From contig CAVPSJ010000004.1 in the NCBI GenBank assembly GCA_963708295.1, positions 640,001 through 704,000 on the forward strand: a stretch of DNA of 64,000 nt, read 5' to 3'. Below are positions 40,466 to 52,466 of this stretch, one piece after another (within the stretch, counting starts at the first letter, position 1; each line of letters starts with the position of its first letter). The notes beneath the pieces were generated by a model. It saw nothing but the letters and a program-made list of their open reading frames with translations. It was not told the origin of the DNA and did not search any database. The translations under genes and the position numbers were made by a program. Origin of the DNA: an uncultured delta proteobacterium. GTDB taxonomy: Bacteria; Desulfobacterota; BSN033; UBA1163.

Positions 40466-40652
40466 CCTTAAGCTCTGTTTCAGGCGATTTCCTCTCTGGT
40501 GTCTGATCTCGTCCCGATTCGCAGAGTCTTCCTGCATTCATTCCAGACGGAGAAGTTCTGTCGGAGCCTTGATCCCGTATACCCCAACGCGGGCCCTATG
40601 AAACCTCGGAGGGGATTCACCCGGGTGGCGAACAAGAAAAAACGGAAGGTGG

Positions 40653-41691
40653 TTAGAAGAAGTTATGAAAGAGCCTCCACTCGTGAGCATAGAGGTCATT
40701 GAGGAGAGGGACAACGTTAGGATCATCTAAGCGTTGGTAGCCGAGCCACTGGCGGACGTGGGTCCAGTTTTTTTGTTCGACATGAGCGTTGTCGTCTTTG
40801 TGGTAGGCTCGGGAGCGAGTAAACTGGACGGGGCGTTTTCTTTGTGCGAAATGTTTGAGGAGGTGATAATTGAGGAACTCGCCGCCGTTATCGGAATCGA
40901 AGCCGAGTAAGGGGAAGGGCAAAGCGCTTGTTCGATCTGTTTGATCTGCTCGAGGACATCGGTTTCTCCTTTTCCCCAGACGGCTCGTTGTTCAGACCAG
41001 CCGGTGGCAATATCGACGCAATCGATGGTATAGGCGAACATCCCGGAGAGGGACTCTGGCCGCAATGGGCGACGGTGTCGGCTTCGAGAAACCCGGGGCG
41101 AGATTCGTCCCATTGGTTGGTTTTGATGGGGATATGTTTTCTAATCAGGGTTCCAGGTTTGGTGGTGGATCTGCCTCGTTTTTTATATTGGATCCGAGTA
41201 GGAAGAAGGAGGCGGTCGATCGTGGAGGCAGAGATTTTCAGGAGGGCCTCAGAGGCCTCTGAAGGCAGAGGTCCAAAGGATTGGACATAACCGGGGAGCC
41301 AGAGAGGGAGAATGACTTTGAGGCGTTTTGAGCAGGGGAGATTGGCAGCGAGCCAGATTTTTTTTAGGGGTTTGAGGACGATGTTTCGGTGATAAACCGG
41401 AGATCTGCCTCGCTTTCTCACTTTGGGTTTTACAAAGCGTCTAAATCTTCGGAGTAATCGGATCGCATGCTTTCGGTGATATCCGCAAGTCGCACAGAAT
41501 TCGTCGAGGATGAGGGTTCTTTCCTTACAAGACGCTTTTTTGTACCGTAAAAAAATGGCTTCGACATATTCTTTTTTTGATCGTGGACTCATAAGCAGCT
41601 CTCCTTTGGGGCCCCTTTATCGGGTAACATCCATTATGAGTCAACGATCCCTTTTCAATCATGCTTCGGGTAACATTTTTTATGAGGCAAT
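40653..41691 (-). mobile_element. IS with an rve/DDE integrase-type transposase (ISNCY/IS481-like), frameshifted and 3'-truncated
   Basis: MSPRSKKEY..., GYHRKHAIRLL, PGFLEADTVAHCG, DSDNGGEF, NAHVEQKN; two related ~26-bp subterminal repeats tcgggtaacat..tatgag.caa at 41620-41645 and 41666-41691. Confidence 0.85.
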
Positions 41692-41745
41692 TCGCGGAGT
41701 CCCCACGCTCTTGATTTTCATAGAATCTCATTTCATAATAAGTCG

Positions 41746-42651
41746 ATGTGTACCATCAAGAGAATCCTTTTTTTTCTTTTCGTTCCCTTCTTTTTTCTTA
41801 TCAGCTCTTCCCTGCATGCCGAAACACCCGTCACGATTCCGGCTGAATATGGCGAAATTATCTACCGATTCAACGAAAAAAGCCCGAATCAGATATTCAT
41901 CATTGGTATCAGCCATCGGGACGCGTTAACCTGCCTCAATGGCGCCAAGACATCGAGAGTTCAGGCAGAAATCTATAAAATTGCCGACGGGTTAATCCAT
42001 CAGCAAGGGCTGGAACTTCTCTTGCCCGAAGGCTTTTTTAAGAGCCCGTCAACCGGGGTTGAAAAAAAGGATAACAAGGTACGCAGTTGTGCATCTCTGG
42101 ATATGGATGCCTTGGAGAAGAGACTTTCCGACAACGATGTTTATGTCAACGCGGAGATGCTTCTCAAAGAGACCCACCCTCTGAGGTTGGCGCAGATAGA
42201 GGATAAAGAACTCTATGACGCGGTGAGGATCAACATTGTTAAACTGGTAAACAGCCATGGAAACCCATCCGATTATTCCTTATTGAGTGCAAAACTCGGT
42301 TACCTGCAGGAAAAGAGGAGTGCCGCCATGCTTCAGAAAATACCCGAGGTCGTGGGCGCCGAGTTTAAGCAGGGGAATATCAAAAGCAAGAGGGCCATTT
42401 TTACCGTTGGGATGTATCACCTTCACGAAATAATCAGGTTCTTGAGTCAAAACCGAATTACAATTCCTGCCCCTGCCTCTGTCTCTGATCCGATCAAGAA
42501 CGACAACAGCGAACTGAATCTGTTGAAAGAGAATTTTGGTGTTTCGGTGATCATTCCAAGGACGTTAGCCGGCGATCAGAAGACTTTGGAGATCAACCAA
42601 TTGGATGAAATCGTTAGAAAATGTCAGAGTGACTCCCTGACCTCTCGCTGA
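41746..42651 (+). CDS. Secreted hypothetical protein
   Basis: Signal peptide; 301-aa ORF; IGISH, EG and GMYH motifs loosely like TraB/ChaN-type folds. Confidence 0.65.
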   Translation: MCTIKRILFFLFVPFFFLISSSLHAETPVTIPAEYGEIIYRFNEKSPNQIFIIGISHRDALTCLNGAKTSRVQAEIYKIADGLIHQQGLELLLPEGFFKSPSTGVEKKDNKVRSCASLDMDALEKRLSDNDVYVNAEMLLKETHPLRLAQIEDKELYDAVRINIVKLVNSHGNPSDYSLLSAKLGYLQEKRSAAMLQKIPEVVGAEFKQGNIKSKRAIFTVGMYHLHEIIRFLSQNRITIPAPASVSDPIKNDNSELNLLKENFGVSVIIPRTLAGDQKTLEINQLDEIVRKCQSDSLTSR

Positions 42652-42827
42652 GATTTACCCCGGACCCATCGGAGATACAGCATTTCCGCAAGTAAAATAC
42701 ACAAATTACCCCATTTTATTGCCCGCGATATTATAAGACAATCCTAAACAAGCCGTTTTCCATTTTCCTGGCAAGCAAACTCCCGGTTGGAGCTGTATCT
42801 TCTGGGCGGTACCGAAAGGAGGGGGGT

Positions 42828-44099
42828 ATGAAAAATAACCGTGGCCGAAGGATACAGTCCTTGGCCTTCCTCTGCTTCGGTCTGATCGGAGGCGCCATAC
42901 TGGGATGCCACCTGCTGATCGCCTTCGCTCCGGATACGGTTCCTCCTGACGCAGAAGCCAACTTTCGGCTAATGGCAGAGGCATGGAACACGGTCCAGCG
43001 GGTTTACGTGGATCGTAATTCAATAAAACCGAAACGAATGACTTATGGCGCCATCAGTGGCATGGTCGATTCTCTTGGTGACACGGGACATAGCCGCTTT
43101 CTCACTCCTGAGATGCTGAAACAGGAGCGCAATCTCACCAAAGGTGAACTCGAAGGCATCGGTGCCGAAGTCCAGATGAAGGACGGCCAACTTGTCATTG
43201 TCGCGCCCATAGACGGATCTCCGGCACAGAAGGCAAAACTTAAACCCGGGGACGTCATCCAAAAGGTGGATGGGAAGGAGGTGAGCGGCCTCCCCCTGGA
43301 CCAGGCCGTAGACCTCATTTTAGGACCTGCAGGAAGCGCGGTGAGGCTGACCGTTCTTGATTCTCGCACCAGACAGACCAGGGACATCACCCTCATTCGG
43401 GCACGCGTCACCCTTCATAACGTGACCTGGAATCCGTTGCCGGGTACGACAGTGGCCCACTTGCGTATCTCGACCTTCAGCAAGAGAGTCGCCAAGGAGC
43501 TTCGGGAGGCACTCATCGGTATCCAAAGAGAGAAGCTGACCGCGCTTATTCTGGACTTAAGAAATAATCCGGGGGGGCTCTATGACGAGGCCGTTTCCGC
43601 AGCCAGCCAGTTTCTCCGGAGCGGCAACGTGCTCCTCGAAAAGAATGCCCTCGACAAAATCCGCCCGGTACCGGTTCAGCCGGGAGGGGTCGCCACGGAC
43701 GTACCGATGGTGGCGTTGGTCAATGGCGGAACGAGTAGCGGAGCCGAAATCGTTGCAGGGGCATTGCAGGATGGGCACCGCGCAATGCTCGTGGGTGAAA
43801 AAACCTTCGGGACGGGCACGGTCCTTCAAACATTTCCCCTGTCTGACGGCTCAGCCCTGATGTTGGCCATCGAAGAATGGCTCACCCCCGATGGGCACGT
43901 GATTTGGCACCACGGCATCACGCCGGATATCGCCGTCTCCCTCCCTCCGGAAGCGACACCACTTTTTCCACTCACCGAGAAGGAATGGACCGCAGAGAAG
44001 CTGAGGGAAAGTGGAGATGTCCAGCTCTTGCGCGCCCTGGATCTGCTCCACCAGGAGAAAGGAAATCGCACGGTGCTGATGGAAAGGGTTCTTCTATGA
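42828..44099 (+). CDS. S41 C-terminal processing peptidase with PDZ domain
   Basis: EGIGA, LDLRNNPGG, TSSGAEIVAGALQD, GEKTFG. Confidence 0.93.
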   Translation: MKNNRGRRIQSLAFLCFGLIGGAILGCHLLIAFAPDTVPPDAEANFRLMAEAWNTVQRVYVDRNSIKPKRMTYGAISGMVDSLGDTGHSRFLTPEMLKQERNLTKGELEGIGAEVQMKDGQLVIVAPIDGSPAQKAKLKPGDVIQKVDGKEVSGLPLDQAVDLILGPAGSAVRLTVLDSRTRQTRDITLIRARVTLHNVTWNPLPGTTVAHLRISTFSKRVAKELREALIGIQREKLTALILDLRNNPGGLYDEAVSAASQFLRSGNVLLEKNALDKIRPVPVQPGGVATDVPMVALVNGGTSSGAEIVAGALQDGHRAMLVGEKTFGTGTVLQTFPLSDGSALMLAIEEWLTPDGHVIWHHGITPDIAVSLPPEATPLFPLTEKEWTAEKLRESGDVQLLRALDLLHQEKGNRTVLMERVLL

Positions 44100-45404
44100 T
44101 TTCTCCCCGTTATTTCCTTGGTCGCCGATTTCTTTTCGTCACCTTCTTTGTCCTGTGGGGTGTTGGATCCCCTGGGCTCCATGCGAATGAGTGCGTGATT
44201 GACGACGGCCTTGAAGTCACATTCAACATCCAAGCCCCAAGAATAACCGGTATTGCCACAATTCTGACCAGGGAAGGAGAAGCGATAAATTTTAAGAAAG
44301 GAAGAGGGAACATCCTCTACACAGCGCGAACGGATGAGATTTCTCGTGGAGTGAAGGAAGAATTTCTCAAGACTCCGGTGGCTGTAGAGATTTCCACCTT
44401 GAAGATCTTCGCCGACGTGATGGAGCGTGTAGCGGGCAAGAAAATCATCTACGTCGGTGAAAGTCATGACCAGTTTTCGCACCATGTGATGGAGTTGGAA
44501 GTCGTCAAGGATCTGCACAGGAGAGGAAAGAAAATAGCCATCGGAATGGAGATGTTCCAGAGACCTTTTCAAGAAGCCCTGGATGATTATATTGAAGGGA
44601 AGATCGATGAAAGAGAAGTTACTGAAAAACACTCAATACTTCAAGCGATGGGGCTTTGATTATAACCTTTACAGACCCATTCTGCAGTTCGCAAGGTCAG
44701 AGAGGATACCCCTGGTGGCGCTCAATATGAGCCAGGAGATTGTGGACAAGGTCTTCCGAGGGGGGCTCGATTCGCTGTCTGAAGAAGAGAAGAAATGGGT
44801 TCCATCCGGGATGGACTTTTCTGACGAGGCCTATAAAGAGAGACTCAAAAAGGTCTTTCAGGCGCACGAGAACTTCGGGGCAGGAAATTTCGATCTTTTT
44901 TACCAGGCTCAGATCCTGTGGGATGAGACCATGTCAGCGTCGGTCGATGAATTTCTAAAAACCTCTCCGACCGATCAGATGGTCGTTCTTGCGGGGAATG
45001 GCCACCTGGCTTACGGCTCCGGCATTCCTCAGAGAACAGCCAGAAGAAATGGATACCCCTACGCCGTTATCTTGAACGATGCGGACCTCGAAAAGGATAT
45101 TGCTGACTACGTCCTTTTCCCGAAAGGCATACCGGGCGTCACTTCTCCGAAGCTGATGGTATTGCTCAAAGAGAAGAAAGGAAAACTGGAGATCGAAGGG
45201 TTTCCCCCGGAAAGCAACTCCGAAAAGGCAGGGGTGAAGGCAGGGGACGTCCTTATCTCCATCGATGGTGCTCCCGTCCGCACGATTGACGATTTGAAGA
45301 TCGATCTCTTATTCAAAAAAAAAGGGGAGAAGGCGAAGGTAAGAATTTTGAGGAAAGGCCTTTTCGGTTCGCAAAAAATCGATTTTGAAGTCGTACTCCA
45401 GTAA
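44096..45404 (+). CDS. ChaN-family protein with C-terminal PDZ; frameshift near 44610
   Basis: YVGESHD, IGMEMFQ, AQILWDETM, LAGNGH, AGVKAGDVLISIDG. Confidence 0.85.
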
Positions 45405-45467
45405 GAAGGGGAAGACCCATTTGAGCAGGATGAAACGACCCCGCCATGACTTGATGCCGCTTCTATC

Positions 45468-47468
45468 CTAGGTGTCGGCGTATTTCAGGGCGATCTGACG
45501 GAAAGCCTCTTTCACTTCCAAGAAAGCATCCACGACCTCCGGATCGAAATGGGATCCTTTCTCTTCGATAATGATTTCCACGGCTTTTTCATGAGGGATT
45601 TGAGGTTTATAGACGCGCTTACTTGTCAAGGCGTCATAGGAGTCCGCCAAAGCCATGAGTCTACCCGGTACTGGAATCTGTTCCCCCTTGAGGCCTTCTG
45701 GATATCCGGATCCATCCCATCGTTCATGATGCGTGTACGCGATTTCTCGGGCAATACGCAAAAAGGAGGCATTGCCAAGGTTTCTTTCAGCCGCACGGAT
45801 GGTATCGCGACCATACACGGTATGTCGTTTCATTTCCTCAAATTCTTGATCGGACAGTCTCCCGGGCTTCAGAAGGATTCTGTCCGAAACTCCCACCTTG
45901 CCGATATCGTGGAGCGGAGCGGACTTGCATAAGAGGTCGATGGTTTCATCATCCAGAAACGGACTGAATCTGGGTTGATTCTTCAAATATTCGGCGAGGA
46001 GCCGAATATAGTTCTGGGTGCGCCGGATATGCTCACCTGTGCGCGGGTCTCGCGTTTCGGTCAGCGAAGACATGCTTTCAATCGTTGCCTCTTGAACCAT
46101 GGCAAGCTCAAGTGTGCGTTGTTTAACTCTTTGCTCCTCCTGCCAGAATCTGAAAAACGTCAGGATGGAAAAGTTACACACCAGGACGATCAACGGTAGA
46201 ACCGGTGAAATGAAAATGCCTTGGCTTCGAAACGTCCACACCGAAGCCTGCCAAACGCCCACCCCGATGATTCCAAGGAGGAGTGAACTCCAACCGGCTC
46301 CAATCCAGGCCAGGATCCATGCTGAAATCAATCCTAGAACCAGCACTCCCAAGGACTCCATCCCCGCGGCCCATTTCGGTCGAGAAATGAAATCTTTTTT
46401 GAGGATATTATCAACAACGGTTGCGTGAACCTCTACCCCCGGAAAGACGGGGTCGAAAGGAGTGGGCTTGAGCTCCTTCAATCCCGATGCTGAGGTTCCA
46501 ACGAAAACTATTTTCCCTCTCATCTTTCCCTCTGGGATACGATCGGACAGGACGTCGGCAGCGGAAACGTAGCCAAAGGTTCGACCCTTCCCACGAAAGC
46601 GAATGAGAAGCCCCCCTGAGGTAATCGGGATCGGGGTTTGATTCAGATATAACGAGTCCACACCCTTTCTGTCTGTCCTCAAGACGATATCGTTTACACC
46701 CCAAGCCTTCATCAGTGTTCCCAACGCGAGGCTCGGGTACAATTTGCCTTTGTGCTCCATGATCAGGGGCACACGTCGAAGGATACCATCTGCTTCCGGG
46801 GAAATATTGAAAAACCCGGATGCAGCCGCAGCCTCGGAAAACATCTTCAGGTTACAGGATACACTGCGGGCACGAATGAAAAGCGACGAGTCCCTTTCAG
46901 TGTCCTCTTGTCTCAGTTCATTGACATGGATGGGGTGGAGCAGACAGTTTTCTGAATCAGAACCTTCCTCAAACAGGAATTGATAGCCTAATACCACCGA
47001 ACCTCCTGAAAGGGCCTTTGCCAGCCGCCGGTCATTATCCCTGAGATCCCCGGGAACTTCGCTAAAATCGAGTTTGACTCCAAAGTCACGGGAAAGCTCC
47101 TTCTTGATGGAGTGAATGGAAGCTCTATCCTCTTCTGCGAATAGCATATCAAGACCGATGCTTAACGCTCCAAGATTTCTCAGTTTGTTTATCAGGGTAG
47201 CGATTCGATAACGGGGCCAGGGCCATTGCCCGTATTGCTTGAGGCTCTTTTCATCGATATCAACGATCACAGGGAGAGAGGAGGATTCCCCCCTGTTTGC
47301 AGACAATAAGAGGTCGTAATATCGATAATGAAGAAAGTTGGTCAAGGTGGGTTTGAAAAGGTTTAGAAAAAAAAGAAGAAGTGAGAAAAGGATGCCGTAG
47401 AGGAGGACGCGCGACTTGTTTTTTCGGTCTCCCCTAAGGATTGGTTTCCTGCTTTCTGGGTCTGCCAT
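45468..47468 (-). CDS. CHASE2 sensor / HD-GYP phosphodiesterase
   Basis: IVDIDEKSL..GQWPWPR, DGILRR, PGVEVHA; HDIGK, HHERWDGSGYP. Confidence 0.95.
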   Translation of the reverse strand: MADPESRKPILRGDRKNKSRVLLYGILFSLLLFFLNLFKPTLTNFLHYRYYDLLLSANRGESSSLPVIVDIDEKSLKQYGQWPWPRYRIATLINKLRNLGALSIGLDMLFAEEDRASIHSIKKELSRDFGVKLDFSEVPGDLRDNDRRLAKALSGGSVVLGYQFLFEEGSDSENCLLHPIHVNELRQEDTERDSSLFIRARSVSCNLKMFSEAAAASGFFNISPEADGILRRVPLIMEHKGKLYPSLALGTLMKAWGVNDIVLRTDRKGVDSLYLNQTPIPITSGGLLIRFRGKGRTFGYVSAADVLSDRIPEGKMRGKIVFVGTSASGLKELKPTPFDPVFPGVEVHATVVDNILKKDFISRPKWAAGMESLGVLVLGLISAWILAWIGAGWSSLLLGIIGVGVWQASVWTFRSQGIFISPVLPLIVLVCNFSILTFFRFWQEEQRVKQRTLELAMVQEATIESMSSLTETRDPRTGEHIRRTQNYIRLLAEYLKNQPRFSPFLDDETIDLLCKSAPLHDIGKVGVSDRILLKPGRLSDQEFEEMKRHTVYGRDTIRAAERNLGNASFLRIAREIAYTHHERWDGSGYPEGLKGEQIPVPGRLMALADSYDALTSKRVYKPQIPHEKAVEIIIEEKGSHFDPEVVDAFLEVKEAFRQIALKYADT

Positions 47469-47565
47469 GCATTTAGATTACTTAGGAGCACCAGGATAAC
47501 GTCTTGCCCGGGACGGGCCTCCCAGTGGACAGCTATCCACAGGGCCAGAAGGTGCTTCACTTCAA

Positions 47566-48198
47566 CTACCGGACAATGATTTCGACCCTCCTGTTACGGG
47601 GCTCGGGAACTTCGTCTTGAGTTGGCACCAAAGGTCTTGCTTTGCCGTAAAATGAAACAAACAGCGTATTCGGTTTGACCCCGCTTGAGACGAGCAGATC
47701 TCGGACATAGCTTGCGCGTCTTTGGGAGAGTCCAGTGTTATAAGCCTCTTTTCCCACAAGATCGGTATGACCCACGAGGTAGACCTCGTTTGATTGACGC
47801 CTTTTGATCGTCCTCAGGATCTCCGCCAGCAAGTCTTTGGATTCATGGGTGAGTTTGGTTGTATCGCGTTCAAAGTACAAAATGATTAAGATAAACCGGC
47901 TCGCGGGATCTGGCAGCGTGGAGAGAGCGGGTCCAAAGATATCCGCGATTTCTTTTTCGTCAATGGGTTGGGGAGCGATCTGCGGGCGATCGAGATCTTC
48001 AACCACGATGGCGTATCCAGGCTTGTCAAGTAGCTGAGTGCCTCCTCGGTTGGTCACCGTGATGGCCCCTTTACCCCCCGGATCAGGTAAGAGGACGATC
48101 AGATCTCGTTTTGCTCGATGTGCGCCGCATCCGCTTAGAAAGCAAAGAAGGACCCAGAAAAAAAGAATATTTCTCCAGCGTCTCATTTGTTTCCCCAA
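47566..48198 (-). CDS. OmpA-family lipoprotein
   Basis: Lipobox LSGC; GHTD, LSQRRA, NRRVEI. Confidence 0.92.
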   Translation of the reverse strand: MGKQMRRWRNILFFWVLLCFLSGCGAHRAKRDLIVLLPDPGGKGAITVTNRGGTQLLDKPGYAIVVEDLDRPQIAPQPIDEKEIADIFGPALSTLPDPASRFILIILYFERDTTKLTHESKDLLAEILRTIKRRQSNEVYLVGHTDLVGKEAYNTGLSQRRASYVRDLLVSSGVKPNTLFVSFYGKARPLVPTQDEVPEPRNRRVEIIVR

Positions 48199-48213
48199 TT
48201 CCCCGTCTTTTTT

Positions 48214-48702
48214 CTACTCCCCTTCGACCCTCGCGACGAATTTCGTTCCACGAATGCCTATCGAAGCAGTGGGGGTCTCAAAATGTGCCGAATCGGGTGA
48301 AAGTTTGCTGATAAGTCCCGAAAGATAGGCAACCGTTCCTTTTACCATTCTGATGGCAATAGAGAAATTTCCTTGCCTGGGAGCGAAAACAAACTCATCA
48401 ATGACGACCACGCTCTCCGGCCCCAGTGACAATAATGTATCATCGTTAAAAACCACGCCAATCGATCCGCCCGGACCGGTGCGAAGCGTATCATTCTGAT
48501 GAATTTCCAGGCCGATCGCGGCCGACATCGACCGCCCCTGTCTGACAACCGTCGCCGTTCCACTTACCTTTTGAACGGTAGCGACGGTGGAAGAGGCATC
48601 GGCAGATACAGCTTCCCCGCTGATAGATAGTAAGAAGAAAATTGTGGCCAGAGGGAGAATCAATCTTCTTAAACTGTTATGATTTAAAGTATTATGGTTC
48701 AT
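48214..48702 (-). CDS. FecR-domain periplasmic protein
   Basis: DTLRTG..., TPTASIGIRGTKF. Confidence 0.9.
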   Translation of the reverse strand: MNHNTLNHNSLRRLILPLATIFFLLSISGEAVSADASSTVATVQKVSGTATVVRQGRSMSAAIGLEIHQNDTLRTGPGGSIGVVFNDDTLLSLGPESVVVIDEFVFAPRQGNFSIAIRMVKGTVAYLSGLISKLSPDSAHFETPTASIGIRGTKFVARVEGE

Positions 48703-48745
48703 CTCTCATGCCCTCCAAGGATTTTTATCTTCCGCTTATTTTGTT

Positions 48746-48760
48746 GCATAAATCAAGCCA
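48746..48760 (-). promoter_or_regulatory. Putative sigma-54 promoter
   Basis: TGGCTT-GATTT-ATGC (GG-N10-GC) upstream of the FecR gene; palindrome ttgtc..gacaa at ~48833-48849 is a possible activator site. Confidence 0.55.
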
Positions 48761-49292
48761 CGACATGTACCTGAAGGGTGTAATAATATCGGCCAGTTAA
48801 GATAAATGCTCGAATTTCTTTTCTAACAAAATTTGTCAGGAGAAGACAATTTGTTGGGGTATTGGTCAGGAAGGGATTTGCCTTCTCGGAATCGAGACTG
48901 CGTCGTAATTTACGAAAAACTACTTCCGTTCAAAGACTGAATAGGCGGTCAGGTGACAATGCTTCAGGCAGCGAAACCGGTTATCAGTCAGCTGGTTGGC
49001 TCCAAGTCCTTGAAAAGATTGCATTGGCAGCAGACTTGATGACCCGGAATTCTAGAATGACCTCATTCCAAAGTTGAGGAGTCTGAATGTCGTCCCGTCC
49101 ATATCAACATCATGATTACGACACAGTTTCATATAGGAGGGGGTGCGATCAGAGCCTGCTTAGAGCTTGTCTCAACATGTTGTCTTGGAGGTGATCGAAA
49201 GCAGGATGGTCGAGCACACGATGTGCGCCGTACTCTAAATGGAGACGTCGGGATCTATCTGTTTCAGCAATCTCTTTTCCATGGCTTTGGAC

Positions 49293-52200
49293 TTAGACCT
49301 TGTCGTTCCTATCTTTCGAAGGCGACGTATCCGCCCCGGACTTGGAGCGAGGTTTAACTTTCCGGAGACGTTCACCCACCCGCTGTGTGACCACGTAAAA
49401 CACGGGCACAAAAGGGATGGCCAAAAGTGTTGAAGAGAGCATGCCACCGAAAACCACGGTGCCGATGGCTCGCTGGCTCGCAGCACCCGGCCCGACCGCA
49501 ATCAGAAGCGGAACCACCCCCAGGATGAAGGCAAAGGATGTCATCACGATGGGCCTGAATCGGCGGCGGGTCGCCTCGACAGCCGCCTCGGTTATGGACA
49601 TGCCTTCTCTGTGCAGGTCACGTGCAAATTCAACAATAAGAATTGCATTCTTGCTCGCCAGGGCAATCATCAGCACCAGACCCACCTGAGTGTAGAGGTC
49701 GTTCTCGTAGCTTCGGATGATGAGGGATAGGAGGACGCCCACCAAGGCCACGGGGACAACCAGCATCACCGCCCCAGGAGAAGTCCAGCTCTCATAAAGA
49801 GCGGCCAGCACCATGTATACCAGAATAATGGCGAGGGCATAGACGAAGTAAGCCTGGTTCCCAACCTTTTTTTCCTGATAGCTCGTCGACGTCCAGTCAT
49901 AGGCTATGCCTTCCGGCAATGTCTTGGCGGCCAGTCTGCTCCATCTGGCTGATGGCCTGGCCGGAGCTGAATCCTGGAGCGGCGGAGCCGAAAATGGCTG
50001 CCGCAGGATAGAGGTTGTAGCGGGTGATGAGCTCGGAGCCCTGCGTAGGCTTGACATCGAGGAAGGTACTCAAGGGCACCATCTCGCCTTTCTGGTTGCG
50101 GACATACAGATTCTTTACGTCCCTGGGTTGCAGGCGATAGCGGTTGTCCGCCTGGATATAGACCTGAAACACCTGATTGAATTTGTTGAACAGATTGACA
50201 AACGAAGAGCCCAGATAAGCCTGCAGGGTATCAAACACATTCGACAGAGGGACCTGCAGGGACTCGGCCTTGGTCCGATCGATGTTCAGATAGAGTTGGG
50301 GGCTGCGGACGCTGAAGGTAGTGGCAAGGCCCTGAAGGCTGGATTGAGAACTTGCCGCCTGGACGAGGTCGTTTGTGGCTTGCTGGAGTTGAGCCATACC
50401 GAGGCTTCCGCGGTCTTCAACCATCATCTGGAAACCGCCCGTCTGGCCCAGGCCCCGGATCGGCGGCGGGATCACCACAAAAGCCTGCGCTTCCTGAATC
50501 CGCAGCAAGCTCACGGTTGATGTTGGAGACGATCCTGTTCTGGTCTAAAGCCGAGCCCCTTTCCTTCCAGTCCTTATAAACGACAAAGGTCGTCGAAATA
50601 TTGGGGACGTTGGCACCGTCCAGGATCGAAAACCCCCCTATGACGACCCAGAACGCAACTCCAGGGGTTTTCCTGAGAATGGCATTGATTTTCTCAGCCA
50701 CCTCCTCTGACCGGGGCTGTGATGCACCTTCCGGCAAGCGGCACACCAGGATGCCATACCCTTGGTCCTCCGTAGGGAGAAACCCCGTGGGCTGGCGCAG
50801 AAACTCCAAGAATGACGCAGTGATAATGATGCCAAAAACGATCAACCATCAGCACCGGCTGTTTCACCATGCGAGTGACGATTCCCATATAGCCATCGGT
50901 CATGGTCTGAAAGGCCTTGTTGAATCCGCGATAGAACCAATTCAGAGGTTTTTCTTTCCGAGGCCGCAACCAGAAAGCACATTGAACCGGCTTCAAGGTG
51001 AGGGCATTAATGGCGCTGATCACGGCAGTTGAAGCGATGACGAGGGCAAATTGGCGGAAAATCTGACCGCTGATCCCGCTGAAGAAGGCTGCCGGCAGAA
51101 AGACGGAAACGAGGGCAAGCGTGATCCCCATCACCGGCCCGGTCAGTTCCTGCATTGCTTTAATGGTGGCTTCCTTGGGTGGCACTCCCCTCTCAATGTA
51201 GTAGGAGCTGTTCTCCACAATGACAATGGCATCGTCCACCACAATGCCTACGGCCAGAATCAACGCAAACAAGGTCATCAGGTTCACAGTAAAACCGAGG
51301 GCCGCCATGGCGATGAAGGCGCCGATGATGGTGACCGGGACCGTCGTGGCCGGAACCAGCATGGCCCTGAAGCTCTGCAAGAACAGAAGGATCACGATGA
51401 GTACGAGGATGCCGGCGATGATTAGGGTTTCATATACCTTTGAGATGGCCTCTCGCACAAATAAGGTGGTATCGTACCGGATGCCATATTTCAGACCTTC
51501 TGGAAATTGCTTGCTCATCTCAGCCATGGCCTTATAGACACCATCGGCGACAGCGATGGCATTGGCGTCCGGCAGGGCGAAAATAGGGATCAAGGCTGCC
51601 TTGTGCCCGGTAAATCTTGAAAAATTACTAAAGCTCTGCTGGCTCAAATCGACTCGGGCTATATCTCGCAGGCGTACGATCTGCGGGGCCTGGCCGGCTG
51701 CGGTCCTGATGATGATGTCTTGGAACTCGCTCGCTTCGGATAGCCTGCTTGGCGCGCTGATCGTAAACTGAAAGGACTGATCTTTTGGCACCGGTGGAGC
51801 ACCGAGTTGCCCTGCTACGACCTGGACATTCTGGCTTTGGATGGCGGCCAGGACGTCCGCCGTTGTAATCCCAAATGTCTGAAGCCTCTTTGGATCCAGC
51901 CAGACCCTCATACTGTAGGAACCTGCACCTCTGACCACCACCTGGCCAACACCCGGGAGCCGGGCTAAAGGGTTTTGGAGATTAATCACGGCATAATTGG
52001 AGAGGAAAATCTCTTCAAACCGGTCATCTTCGGAATAGAGGCTGACCACAAGTAAAATGTTAGGAGAAACCTTTCTGACCGTGACTCCCTGCTGTTGAAC
52101 GCCACCGGGGAGCTGAGCCAGGGCGCTGTTTACAAGGTTCTGGACCAGCGCCAGCGAGGTATTGAGGTCGGTCCCGATGTCAAAGGTGATCGTTAGGGAG

Positions 52201-52466
52201 TAGGAGCCGTCACTGCTGCTGGTCGATGACATGTAGATGGAATCCTCGACGCCATTGACCGCCTGTTCGATGGGTACTCCGATGGTTGCCGCCACGACAT
52301 CGGCGCTCGCTCCCGGATAACGTGTGGTGACCTGGATGGTCGGTGGCACGATCTGCGGGTATTGGGCTACCGGCAAACGATAGAGGAAGACCAGCCCGAT
52401 GATGACCGTAACAAGCGCGATCACGTTTGCGAAAATAGGTCGTTCGATAAAGAACCGGGAGATCAC
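49293..52466 (-). CDS. RND efflux permease (AcrB/MexB family); several frameshifts
   Basis: GTG start, ISRFFIERPIFA, GIVVDDAIV, KNAILIVEFA, RFRPIVMTS across consecutive ORF fragments. Confidence 0.9.

Noticed and set aside
48862-49290. Short plus-strand ORFs or a possible element between the FecR gene and the RND operon
   Set aside because: No recognisable protein motif or convincing terminal repeats.
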